From the IMG/VR virus record IMGVR_UViG_3300020707_000012, positions 1 to 36,759 of that record: 36,759 nucleotides of DNA. One strand, written 5' to 3'. Position 1 is the stretch's first letter; each line of letters begins with the position of its first letter. The DNA comes from a virus (lineage: Duplodnaviria; Caudoviricetes). The position numbers were made by a program, and so were the translations under genes. Under the pieces are notes generated by a model. It made no database searches and was not told the origin of the DNA. It saw only the letters and a list, made by a program, of their open reading frames with translations. Shown here piece after piece: positions 1 to 8,069 of the stretch.

Positions 1-22
1 CTTGTTTTCGGCCCACCAAAAT

Positions 23-520
23 TTAAGTTTTCAGGATTTCGCCCAACCCATGCGCTGCACCGACCTCATTGGCTGAATCAACTGACGCAATCCCCATGGC
101 TGATTGGTAATCACTCAGTTGATAGTCAGTCACTGGCACTGTGTAGTGACGATATATCCCATCACGTTCCAACTGCGTCTTCTCAGCATGGCAGCTGGCA
201 CACAAACATTGAAACACATTCCGATAGAATGCATCCTTCCCAATGGCACTCCAACTGAACAAATGATCGACCATTGATGCTGGTGAAATTATGCCTGACC
301 CTAGGCACGCCTGGCAAATCGGCTGCGCTGACAATTTCGCCTTCCTTAGTTTCTTCCATGATGATGAGTCATACATTGAATTGAAAGATTTTCTTTCAAT
401 AGTTTTTTTGGCCACATAAGTATCTCGACCGCCATGCTTTATGCAAAATGTTGATAATCTCGATCGATTTTCTTTGCATCCCAAGCTGGCACATTTCACA
501 TTATGTGGACTAACTGGCAT
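23..520 (-). CDS. HNH endonuclease (terminase-associated, HK97 gp74-like)
   Basis: YDSSSWKKLRKAKLSAQPICQAC...VDH...NVFQCLCASCHAEKT motif; lies just upstream of terS across the genome ends. Confidence 0.88.
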   Translation of the reverse strand: MPVSPHNVKCASLGCKENRSRLSTFCIKHGGRDTYVAKKTIERKSFNSMYDSSSWKKLRKAKLSAQPICQACLGSGIISPASMVDHLFSWSAIGKDAFYRNVFQCLCASCHAEKTQLERDGIYRHYTVPVTDYQLSDYQSAMGIASVDSANEVGAAHGLGEILKT

Positions 521-522
521 GA

Positions 523-963
523 TTATTCGCCAGGGTCTTGAATGATGTGGATTGGATTATTATCAATCCAAACATCAATATCAATTCCATGTTCATCACA
601 ATATGGTTTCTTGGCTGCACCATCAGTTAATACCACATTATCTTTGCCGATTATCTTGCCGATTGATTTATATAATTCATCGATCTCATCTGCATCGGTC
701 GAATGTGAAACGCAAAGCAATTTATCTTTGCGCAAATAAACCAACTGAATAAACACATTCCAAAATTTTGGATCAGCTGAATATGTCTTGTGATAATCCA
801 AAGCAAACGTCAATTTGCCTTGTTTTTTTTCTTTGACCTGTGTTGATTCTTCATCAGCACCAGCTGCATGAGCTGCTTGGCCGACTTGAACTGCTTTTTG
901 CTTGGTATCAAATGGGCCTTGATTTCCCCACCACCATCCTTTTGAATCTTTTCTAATCGGCAT
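523..963 (-). CDS. HAD-superfamily-like protein with short N-terminal extension
   Basis: FALDYHKTYSADP (motif I-like) and IDVWIDNNP (motif IV-like). Start reassigned to MPIRK (ATG 963), preceded by AAGGA. Confidence 0.6.
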   Translation of the reverse strand: MPIRKDSKGWWWGNQGPFDTKQKAVQVGQAAHAAGADEESTQVKEKKQGKLTFALDYHKTYSADPKFWNVFIQLVYLRKDKLLCVSHSTDADEIDELYKSIGKIIGKDNVVLTDGAAKKPYCDEHGIDIDVWIDNNPIHIIQDPGE

Positions 964-971
964 GATTATCC

Positions 972-1061
972 TTAATGAGTCCAGCCATATATTAGCATCA
1001 GAGCAAACATAACGCCAATTGCAATCATTCCAAGCCATTCATTCAATTTATATCCAAACAT
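972..1061 (-). CDS. Small single-TM protein (29 aa, MFGYKLNEWLGMIAIGVMFALMLIYGWTH)
   Basis: Translated by hand (below the ORF-track cutoff). GGAG upstream, hydrophobic stretch, and the stop overlaps the SD of the next gene. Confidence 0.6.
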   Translation of the reverse strand: MFGYKLNEWLGMIAIGVMFALMLIYGWTH

Positions 1062-1088
1062 TTTTTCAGCTCCAAAGTTAATTTCGAA

Positions 1089-1130
1089 CACTGTAACATA
1101 AATTTGTGAAATTTTGTGAACTGTTGTGAA
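1089..1130 (-). promoter_or_regulatory. Putative leftward promoter with three 10-bp-phased TTCACAA repeats
   Basis: Minus strand: TTCACAACAG TTCACAAAAT TTCACAAATT TATGT TACAGT (extended -10 TGtTACAGT). Confidence 0.6.
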
Positions 1131-1466
1131 TCAGCACACATAGTCAGTGATCAAATCGATTGCAGTTTCTGGTGACCTGGCCACATAGACCAAATAATTA
1201 CGCTTTTGCAATAAAAGTCTGATTTTCTTTTGATCATGTGATTCGACACCTTCTTGTGTTTTCAATTCAATGAACAAACCGCTGAAACCATGCCTGGATT
1301 CAGCGACAAAAATGTCAGGAATGCCAGCGGTCAAACCTTCCAAAAACAACATCAATCGATTTTTGGCCGATGTTGCTGATCCATTTGGAATGGCAAAAAT
1401 CAACACATCTGGGAAAAATGTCCGAATATGTTGGATCACTTTGACTTGGATTTTGTGTTCTTTCAT
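1131..1466 (-). CDS. VRR-NUC domain nuclease
   Basis: EHKIQ...FAIPNG...GLTAGIPDIFV...FIELKTQEG...Q motif. Start set at MKEHK, which gives an ATGA overlap with the upstream stop. Confidence 0.88.
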   Translation of the reverse strand: MKEHKIQVKVIQHIRTFFPDVLIFAIPNGSATSAKNRLMLFLEGLTAGIPDIFVAESRHGFSGLFIELKTQEGVESHDQKKIRLLLQKRNYLVYVARSPETAIDLITDYVC

Positions 1467-1657
1467 TCCCAAAATTTTTGGTTTTTGGGTGTTTTTTTCT
1501 TGAATAGTGTGCATCTGTTTTTTATCCCAAGTATGTATGTCTGACCAGCTTCACATTTTAAATACCAATTCTTTGACACAAAATGCTCACATTCATCACA
1601 AAAAATGCGGTCATCAAAGTCATCTTTTTCGCCATTTTCTAATTCATCTTTATTCAT
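1463..1657 (-). CDS. Small Cys-rich hypothetical protein
   Basis: CDECEH...C...RC pattern; ATGA-coupled to VRR-NUC. Confidence 0.6.
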   Translation of the reverse strand: MNKDELENGEKDDFDDRIFCDECEHFVSKNWYLKCEAGQTYILGIKNRCTLFKKKTPKNQKFWE

Positions 1658-1672
1658 AATTCTAAACCTTTT

Positions 1673-1860
1673 GTACTATTGGTTCCCATTGGTTCCCATT
1701 GGTTCCCGATTCCTCGGAACCGATACCAATAGTACCACTTAGGTACTATTGGTTCCCCATATTTTTCCTTAGGGGAACCAATGGTTTGGGAACCAATTGA
1801 ATTTAATCATTTTGTATTACCATCAAAATCCATTGGTTCCCGACAAATTGGGAACCAATG
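1673..1860. repeat. Iteron array, putative replication origin
   Basis: ATTGGTTCCC at 1678, 1688, 1698, 1748, 1832 and inverted at 1773, 1788, 1850. Perfect 11-bp inverted repeats at 1726-1752 and 1831-1860. Lies at the 3' end of the primase-helicase gene. Confidence 0.75.
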
Positions 1861-3865
1861 AAGTCCGTTTTGCACCGACTTTTAATTCAGCTGGCAGATC
1901 AACTTCCATGATTAAACCATCATCAATCAGTGCATCGATGATGGCTCCAATTTCCTCGGTTCGGCCAGACACCAAATTCCTGACTGATCGTTTGGTTGGA
2001 TATTTGCCAGCTGCAATCTCTGAATTCAAAATGTCAATGATTTCGGTTTTTCTGGATTGTTTGGCTGATTCCATCTTTTCTTCTTTGGCCAATTCTTTGG
2101 CCTCGATCCGCTTGGACTCCATGGATTTGGCTGGGATGGCCCAGCGCACTGACAATTCAACTGGTCCACGCAATGGATCGGTCACAAACTCTGTGTAAAT
2201 GTTGGTTTCAAATGCAACTTCATCAAAATCAGCCTGGTATCGATGTTTCCCAAGTTTTAAGAATCTTTCCTCGAGTCCATCCTCTTGGAACAAATAAGCC
2301 ACACAATTGGCATCCCCTTCCCATGCTCCAGCCCCCCTGGCACTGAAATCCCTGACATCAGCACGCTTTAAAGCCTTTGGTGTATGGGTAATCACCCAAA
2401 CTGGAAATCCTCTCCCTATAAGACCTTCCTTGATGGCACTGATGTATTTGGCAATCTCAGCATTGTCGTTCTCTGATTCCACGTTAAATGACGCTGATGC
2501 CGTGTCAATAACGATCAATGGCTTGATCTGGGCATCATGTCCTGAATAGTCTTTGAACACTGTTTCATGCTTGGCAGCCAAAATGGCCAATTTGGCAATA
2601 TCTGACGCACTGGATCGCTTGGTGGCCACAACTTTGAACCAATCGGCAATCTCTGGCCATCCAAACTCAGAATCGCCATGAGTGCGCCTGATTCGCTTTT
2701 GTAGGGCATATTGAATGCGCTGGACCTGTCCAGTGTCCTCGCTTAAATAAATCACTTTACGTCTGATTAAAACGCCTACATTTGAAAAATGACTGCTGAA
2801 TCCAGCCACTTGCATGGCCAGTGGGACAATGGCTGATGTTTTGCCCACGCCTGGTGCGCCAGCAATCAATGTCAATCCATCTGCCAAAAACCCATCAATC
2901 ACCCAATTTGGACTGGTCAATACAGTCATTGGGTCGATTATTCGGCTTTCCCAAATATCCTTGATAATAATCTCACCAGTTTCAGAATCAATAATCCTGT
3001 CAAAATCTCCACTGCTTGGATTATTAACAAAATCATCTTCAGGATTATTGAAAGCACTAATTTCGCCTTGAAAACCATGATTTTTTGCCAGTTTTAATAA
3101 TTGCCTGATACCAATTCCATCATCTTTTTTAAATGATTCCCACTTGGTTGACATAATAAATGGGTCATATTTATCTGATTTTCTCGACCATTGATCCCAC
3201 AACTCAAATCCCAATTCAGCCAGCTCTTTTTTCAATATCATGCCAACTGAAATCCAATCGGTATAATCATCAGCATCGATGAATGATAATAATAATTTGA
3301 CATCATCAGATTTGGAATTGGATGGCATTTGATCCATGATGTTGACCTCAAGCAATTGGCCACAATAATCCCAATCTGTCAAAAGAATGTTTTTCTTTTG
3401 ACCAGTAAATCCTGAAAAGAATTCAATTTGCCTGTTTTCAGACAATGTAATGCATTTAGGGATTTTGTTTTGGTGCATCAAAACCCAATAATGAGCACCA
3501 TGGCCAGACAATGATGTCTCATAGGCTGCCCCAAGTTTATTGAGATAAGTCATCAGCATCAGCTGCTCAGTATGTGGCTGATAGTCTTTAGCATTCTTCC
3601 AATCGAGATCGATGCAGACCAAAAATAAGTCTGGCTGCACTTCAAATGGTTTTAATAGAGACAATCCCACATATGGATGGCTCAGAGCCTTGGCTTGGTC
3701 ATATGTGCCCAATTTGCCTGATGTAGCAGCTTCTGCAATGCCCATCACGCCATCGATGCCCACTGGCCGTTTCTGATCTGTAAAACCGCAAAAAATGGGT
3801 TTATCACCAAATTGCATCCAAAATGGATGTTCAGTGTCGTTTTGTTTTATAATGGTTTCGGCCAT
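1823..3865 (-). CDS. Primase-helicase (AEP prim-pol + PriCT-2 + AAA_25/RepA-like helicase)
   Basis: CIDLD and ETSLSGHGAH (AEP motifs); DYTDWISVGMILK..WDQWSRKSDKY..KWESF (PriCT-2); GAPGVGKT Walker A; LIVIDT Walker B. Confidence 0.88.
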   Translation of the reverse strand: MAETIIKQNDTEHPFWMQFGDKPIFCGFTDQKRPVGIDGVMGIAEAATSGKLGTYDQAKALSHPYVGLSLLKPFEVQPDLFLVCIDLDWKNAKDYQPHTEQLMLMTYLNKLGAAYETSLSGHGAHYWVLMHQNKIPKCITLSENRQIEFFSGFTGQKKNILLTDWDYCGQLLEVNIMDQMPSNSKSDDVKLLLSFIDADDYTDWISVGMILKKELAELGFELWDQWSRKSDKYDPFIMSTKWESFKKDDGIGIRQLLKLAKNHGFQGEISAFNNPEDDFVNNPSSGDFDRIIDSETGEIIIKDIWESRIIDPMTVLTSPNWVIDGFLADGLTLIAGAPGVGKTSAIVPLAMQVAGFSSHFSNVGVLIRRKVIYLSEDTGQVQRIQYALQKRIRRTHGDSEFGWPEIADWFKVVATKRSSASDIAKLAILAAKHETVFKDYSGHDAQIKPLIVIDTASASFNVESENDNAEIAKYISAIKEGLIGRGFPVWVITHTPKALKRADVRDFSARGAGAWEGDANCVAYLFQEDGLEERFLKLGKHRYQADFDEVAFETNIYTEFVTDPLRGPVELSVRWAIPAKSMESKRIEAKELAKEEKMESAKQSRKTEIIDILNSEIAAGKYPTKRSVRNLVSGRTEEIGAIIDALIDDGLIMEVDLPAELKVGAKRTSLVPNLSGTNGF

Positions 3866-3893
3866 TTCTTTCCTTTGAGGGTTTGTAAGGGTT

Positions 3894-3924
3894 AAGGGCA
3901 GCTTTCACCAGCTGCCCTTTTTTT
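3894..3924 (+). terminator. Intrinsic terminator-like hairpin
   Basis: AAGGGCAGCT-ttcacc-AGCTGCCCTT followed by a T run on the + strand. Confidence 0.6.
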
Positions 3925-3925
3925 A

Positions 3926-4915
3926 TTATTCTTTGATCCTAGTGAGTGATGGGGCAGAATGGGTTTCGATGATAGCACCATCGGGAATCTCAATCTTCAA
4001 CTTTTTAACTGCAGCTGGTGTTTTCAGCTCATAAGCCTCGGCTGGCCAGTCGTGTTTAAACTCTGGATTCCATTTGGTCATCTTGCGGCCAGCTTGGAGT
4101 GACCAGCCTTGGATTTCACCGCCATTGCCTAAATATTGTTTTGCAGCATCTTGCACTGCATCAGCCCACACCTTGCACAACTCGGCTTTATCCAATAGCT
4201 CATGCATAGGTTTGGTTGTTTTTTCAAAATCAATTTGTGCAGCTTTGACTGCAGCATCTTTGATGGATGGGCAAATTGCTTTGGCTCGGCAGTATTTGCA
4301 TTGTTTTGCGCCAGCAATCTTTGGGGCAGTTGGCTCATTGGCCATCTTGGCAATAATGACCAACTCCTCCTCAAATTTTTCCATGTCATCAAATGACACA
4401 TAGTATGGTTGGCAGTTATTGTGTGGCTGAAATATGTGCAAATATATGTGTGTGACTCTGATGTCTTTTTTTATGCACATCATCAATGCGCCAAGTGCAT
4501 ACATCATCAGCTGCTTATTGTTGGCTGGATCAACTTTGATTCGGCCAGTTTTTAAGTCCACCACATGAAGTGCATTGTCGATCACAAACACTGCATCAGC
4601 AGTGCCCCCCAAGTCTGGATGAATCCTTGACAAATGTGGAGTCAAATTCAGCTCGAGAAAAATAAACCTGGCTGCAGCTGATGCCTTTTTAAGATAGGTC
4701 ACATAGTCAATGGCAATTTGTACCATTTCGGCATCAAATTCATTGTAGTCAATGGCCATTTCATTCCACATCAAATCGGCCAATTCATGGATGCTCGTGC
4801 CACGTTGAGCAGCTGCATTGGTTGGATTGGGCAAATCTTTCTCGAGCAAATATGAGCCAGGGCAAAGAATGATTCGTTCGAGTTTTGATGCTGATATTGG
4901 TGCGTGTGTTGTCAT
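3926..4915 (-). CDS. DUF2800 PD-(D/E)XK (Cas4-like) exonuclease
   Basis: HAPISASKLER..CPGS, GTSIHE, GGTADAV, VVDLKTG, QLMMYALGA, CKYCRAKAICP. Confidence 0.88.
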   Translation of the reverse strand: MTTHAPISASKLERIILCPGSYLLEKDLPNPTNAAAQRGTSIHELADLMWNEMAIDYNEFDAEMVQIAIDYVTYLKKASAAARFIFLELNLTPHLSRIHPDLGGTADAVFVIDNALHVVDLKTGRIKVDPANNKQLMMYALGALMMCIKKDIRVTHIYLHIFQPHNNCQPYYVSFDDMEKFEEELVIIAKMANEPTAPKIAGAKQCKYCRAKAICPSIKDAAVKAAQIDFEKTTKPMHELLDKAELCKVWADAVQDAAKQYLGNGGEIQGWSLQAGRKMTKWNPEFKHDWPAEAYELKTPAAVKKLKIEIPDGAIIETHSAPSLTRIKE

Positions 4916-4938
4916 GTTTAATTCCTTTGGTTAATGGG

Positions 4939-5027
4939 TGGGAGTCAATTTGGTCGTTTTCTTAATGGGGCAGAAACCAGAAAAATTCCCCAAATCCGAC
5001 ATCCTTGATTGTCTGGTTAACCTCCCA
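4939..5027 (-). ncRNA. Candidate structured leader RNA upstream of the DUF2800 gene
   Basis: Several nested complementary segments plus a possible pseudoknot (see findings). Confidence 0.4.
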
Positions 5028-5032
5028 AAAAT

Positions 5033-5503
5033 TTACTTTGATAATATTGGTCTTGCTCTTTTCTGTGTCAAACATTGATTGACATAATTGGTGGCCACCT
5101 CGATGTCCTTGACTGTTGCTGCCTTGAGTTGTTCATCATGCAGCTGCATTACAAAATTGATTGCTTTCAGCTCTGGGCCTTTGACGATAAATCGGTAATT
5201 CATCTCAACGCCACGTTTTGCGCATTCATACAATGCGTCTTGAGCTGCTTTGATTTCCTGTTGGTATTCATCTCCAATCTTTTGTTTGGCCAATGCCTCT
5301 GTGATGTTGAATGCTGAAATCAATGTATCAATGTCATTTTTGGTGGCTTTTCCCATTCGCAAATCATCCAATGCAAAATGATTTTTCAATTGCAATGAAA
5401 CCAACTTATTTTTGAGATTCACCATTGGCATCATGCCAGACATAACATAAGCCATGTTGTCCAAAATCACTGGCTTTGGCCGATACTTGGACCGCTTACG
5501 CAT
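5033..5503 (-). CDS. Hypothetical phage protein (MRKRSKYRPKP...)
   Basis: Start reassigned to ATG 5503, which follows the SD AAGGGGAG and overlaps the upstream stop. Confidence 0.75.
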   Translation of the reverse strand: MRKRSKYRPKPVILDNMAYVMSGMMPMVNLKNKLVSLQLKNHFALDDLRMGKATKNDIDTLISAFNITEALAKQKIGDEYQQEIKAAQDALYECAKRGVEMNYRFIVKGPELKAINFVMQLHDEQLKAATVKDIEVATNYVNQCLTQKRARPILSK

Positions 5504-5747
5504 TGTCTCCCCTTGCTCGGATTGCGTTTGCACACATCTCAGGCGTAGGCCAATCGCCACACGCTTCTTCGCCTGTGTAGATTTCCTCGCATATCTTTGC
5601 ACATTCCTCACGTTCTTTTTCTGCTACCAGTTTGGCAAAGGCTTCAAGACCACAATATGTTATTTCCATAACATCGTATTTATCTGGGTTTCGAGAAAAT
5701 CTTCCACCAGCCTGTTTAGCCATTTTTATGATTTCATCGTTAGTCAT
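5496..5747 (-). CDS. Hypothetical protein, 'EREECA...IRARG' family, copy 1
   Basis: Coupled ORF with SD; paralogous to 5744..5959. Confidence 0.75.
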   Translation of the reverse strand: MTNDEIIKMAKQAGGRFSRNPDKYDVMEITYCGLEAFAKLVAEKEREECAKICEEIYTGEEACGDWPTPEMCANAIRARGDNA

Positions 5748-5959
5748 TCTTGTCCCCTTGCTCGGATTGTTTCAGCAATAGTTTTTGATGGGTGTGGATA
5801 AGCAAGCACCCATTCATCTGCAAGCCTTGCACATCGCTCACGTTCTATTTTTATTGATAAATTGGCAAAATAAGCCAGACAATATATAAATTCTTCATTC
5901 GTTTTATAAAGATAAAGCCCAGACAACTCAGCCATTTCTTCTATTTCATCTTTAGTCAT
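5744..5959 (-). CDS. Hypothetical protein, 'ERERCA...IRARG' family, copy 2
   Basis: Start MTKDEI; ATGA overlaps on both sides. Confidence 0.75.
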   Translation of the reverse strand: MTKDEIEEMAELSGLYLYKTNEEFIYCLAYFANLSIKIERERCARLADEWVLAYPHPSKTIAETIRARGQE

Positions 5960-6132
5960 TGCATTGGCCTCCATTGTGTCCTCGGCTCATTGCAATGCTT
6001 GATATAAAAATGAACTAAAAATGCAAACACTTGCACATAAGTCATTTTCACACCACTGTCTGCAGCCAGTTTGTCCCTGATCAAATCAATTTGCTCTGGC
6101 ACATACAAAGTTATACGTTTGGTTTTGCTCAT
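5956..6132 (-). CDS. Small hypothetical protein (58 aa, MSKTKRITLYVPEQIDLIRDKLAADSG...), possibly ribbon-helix-helix
   Basis: Translated by hand; ATGA overlaps with both neighbours; KRITLYV alternating beta-strand pattern. Confidence 0.65.
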   Translation of the reverse strand: MSKTKRITLYVPEQIDLIRDKLAADSGVKMTYVQVFAFLVHFYIKHCNEPRTQWRPMQ

Positions 6133-6347
6133 TGCTCATTTTCCCTTTTGGTGATTTCATCCTGAATGTACCAAATTGCCTTTTTTAAATCCTCGATGGC
6201 ATCTTGCTTGAGATCACACCGCCAAATGTATTTGACTGCATTACCCAAGTTAAATCCCATGTGCCTGGTGATCTCGATGCACTCGATGCCTGATGGATGG
6301 TCTGTGTAATGTGGTGGATGATTGATTAAATCTGGTTTCTTTCTCAT
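6129..6347 (-). CDS. DUF3310 (SaV-like / T7 gp1.7-related) protein
   Basis: INHPPHYT..GIECIE..FNLGNAVKYIWR..K..EDLKKAIWYI signature. Confidence 0.88.
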   Translation of the reverse strand: MRKKPDLINHPPHYTDHPSGIECIEITRHMGFNLGNAVKYIWRCDLKQDAIEDLKKAIWYIQDEITKRENEQ

Positions 6348-6541
6348 ATGTTTTTCTCCTTTAATTCAATTGTTGGTTTTATTAAAAATTCAGCTCTTTT
6401 AACTTGTATATGCAATAACTTTAAAGTTACCTCTGATATTTTTTCATAAAAAAAAGAATTGTTATGTTTTAAGCAACTTCCTTTCTCAATCATGATTTCT
6501 AAATATTTATCAATGGCAATTTGTAGTTGTTGGCTGTTCAT
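6344..6541 (-). CDS. Hypothetical protein
   Basis: ATGA-coupled, AT-rich ORF. Confidence 0.6.
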   Translation of the reverse strand: MNSQQLQIAIDKYLEIMIEKGSCLKHNNSFFYEKISEVTLKLLHIQVKRAEFLIKPTIELKEKNI

Positions 6542-6705
6542 GCTGCAGTCCTTTCATTGGTTGGTAATTTCTTTTTTTCTTTGGTCAAATAACGCTCGAG
6601 TAAATCTTGGAATCGATCAATCAATTCCCAGTTGACATCCTCGGGTTTTGATTCGACAAGATGATCGATGATTCTTGCTGCTTGTTTTAAGAGTATTTTT
6701 TCCAT
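6538..6705 (-). CDS. Hypothetical protein (MEKILLKQAA...)
   Basis: Start reassigned to ATG 6705, just after the helicase stop. Confidence 0.6.
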   Translation of the reverse strand: MEKILLKQAARIIDHLVESKPEDVNWELIDRFQDLLERYLTKEKKKLPTNERTAA

Positions 6706-6709
6706 AGGA

Positions 6710-7927
6710 TTAAATGATTTGGTTAATGACATTTTGTTTTTTGAGGATTTTTGAAAGAATGGTGTGATCCAATGAATTGGAAATTGTGAGCAAATAAATG
6801 AGTGGAGCCGATCCAGTTTTATTGATATTTTCCACTCTGGAACTGGCTTGCTGCAGAGCTGATGTTTGCCATGTGGCCTCAACAAAAATGACTGTATCGG
6901 CTGCAGATAGGTCAATCCCTTCCTGACACGCTGCCAAATTGCCAATGAATAGTTTTGTTGTGCCATTTTGAAAGTCCTCGATGAGTTTTTGTCGTGCAGC
7001 TGCTGGTGTGTCTCCTGTGATAATGGATGGTTTGTGATCTTTAAGAATTGTGGCTAATTGATGCACCACATCTTTGTGATGGGCAAAAACGATCACTGGC
7101 TCATCGGCCAACTTAGACTCGATGAACTCTGCAGCTGGTTTGACTTTACGCATTCCAGCCTCTTTCATTACCTCTGATAAACCCTCAAAAGCCAGCATAG
7201 GATTTGGGTGTTCGATCAGTGCATCAGCGTTGAATTCTTTTTCACGCTTATCAATTGGCAAATCAAATGTGATCAGTGAAGTGATTGGCTGCTGGTAATT
7301 GGTAAAAATATCAGCTTTTGTGCGTCTGAAAATCACTGGCTGCATAATGGATCGCAGCTCTGGCAAATTACTGGCTCCTGACGTATCCAGACCCCATGGT
7401 GCATTCCATAATTTGGCATATCGCAAACCAAAGTCATACCATCCCCCCCGATAGACTCCCAGGCCATGCAGCAATGGCCACAACTCGATGGGCCTGTTTG
7501 GGATGGGTGTGCCTGATAGGGCATAAACTCTGCGAATGCGTTTCATCCATTTGAGTGCAGCAATGGTGCGTATGGTTTTGGGGGATTTGATTCTGTGGCT
7601 TTCATCCAGCACCAGAGTTTGATATTGGCCAAGCTCATTGAGTGAGGCTAAAACATCATAATTGATGATGGTGACCCCATCATTTTTTGCATTCTGTGCA
7701 CTCACTTTGCCATTGACAACTGTGACATTTCCATGGTATCCAAGTTTCTCAAATGCAGCTTTCCAGACATTTTTCACAATGGCTGGGCAAATGATCAGAG
7801 CTGGCAAATGCTCGAGTGCTGCAGCTGCCGTTGGCAATGTTTTGCCCACTCTTGGCTCATCGGCCAGGATGGCTCGCTTGGTGTTTAAGAGAAAATCTCT
7901 CGATATTTCTTGATGGGGGAAAAGCAT
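6710..7927 (-). CDS. SNF2-family helicase
   Basis: LADEPRVGKT, LDESHRIK, LSGTP, EGIDLS, QASSRV motifs. Confidence 0.9.
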   Translation of the reverse strand: MLFPHQEISRDFLLNTKRAILADEPRVGKTLPTAAAALEHLPALIICPAIVKNVWKAAFEKLGYHGNVTVVNGKVSAQNAKNDGVTIINYDVLASLNELGQYQTLVLDESHRIKSPKTIRTIAALKWMKRIRRVYALSGTPIPNRPIELWPLLHGLGVYRGGWYDFGLRYAKLWNAPWGLDTSGASNLPELRSIMQPVIFRRTKADIFTNYQQPITSLITFDLPIDKREKEFNADALIEHPNPMLAFEGLSEVMKEAGMRKVKPAAEFIESKLADEPVIVFAHHKDVVHQLATILKDHKPSIITGDTPAAARQKLIEDFQNGTTKLFIGNLAACQEGIDLSAADTVIFVEATWQTSALQQASSRVENINKTGSAPLIYLLTISNSLDHTILSKILKKQNVINQII

Positions 7928-7958
7928 TTTTGATCCAGTTTTCAGTTAATGAATCCTC

Positions 7959-8014
7959 AGTATATATTAAATTTTGTGAAATTGTGGGAAATTTTGAGAA
8001 TTTATGTTATAGTG
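7959..8014. promoter_or_regulatory. Divergent promoter region with three 10-bp-phased repeats
   Basis: Leftward -10 TATACT (7959-7964); rightward TGtTATAGT (8005-8013); ATTTTGTGAA ATTGTGGGAA ATTTTGAGAA between them. Confidence 0.65.
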
Positions 8015-8069
8015 ATTCCACCCACACAATTCTGTGTCGGTATTTTTTAAACTGTAAACTGGAGTAAAT

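Noticed and set aside
964-1038. Longest-ORF starts for 523..1038, and likewise 1131..1514, 5033..5611 and 6538..6966
   Set aside because: These extensions overlap other plausible genes; downstream ATGs with an SD or stop-start coupling fit better.
1673-1860. Repeat array as a CRISPR array
   Set aside because: Units are 10 bp, in both orientations, with no regular unique spacers.
1797-2198. Plus-strand 133-aa ORF and the many other antisense ORFs in the track
   Set aside because: They lie opposite well-supported genes and show no recognisable motifs.
3926-4915. Cas4 of a CRISPR-Cas system
   Set aside because: The Cas4-like fold fits the phage DUF2800 family; no other cas genes or array are present.
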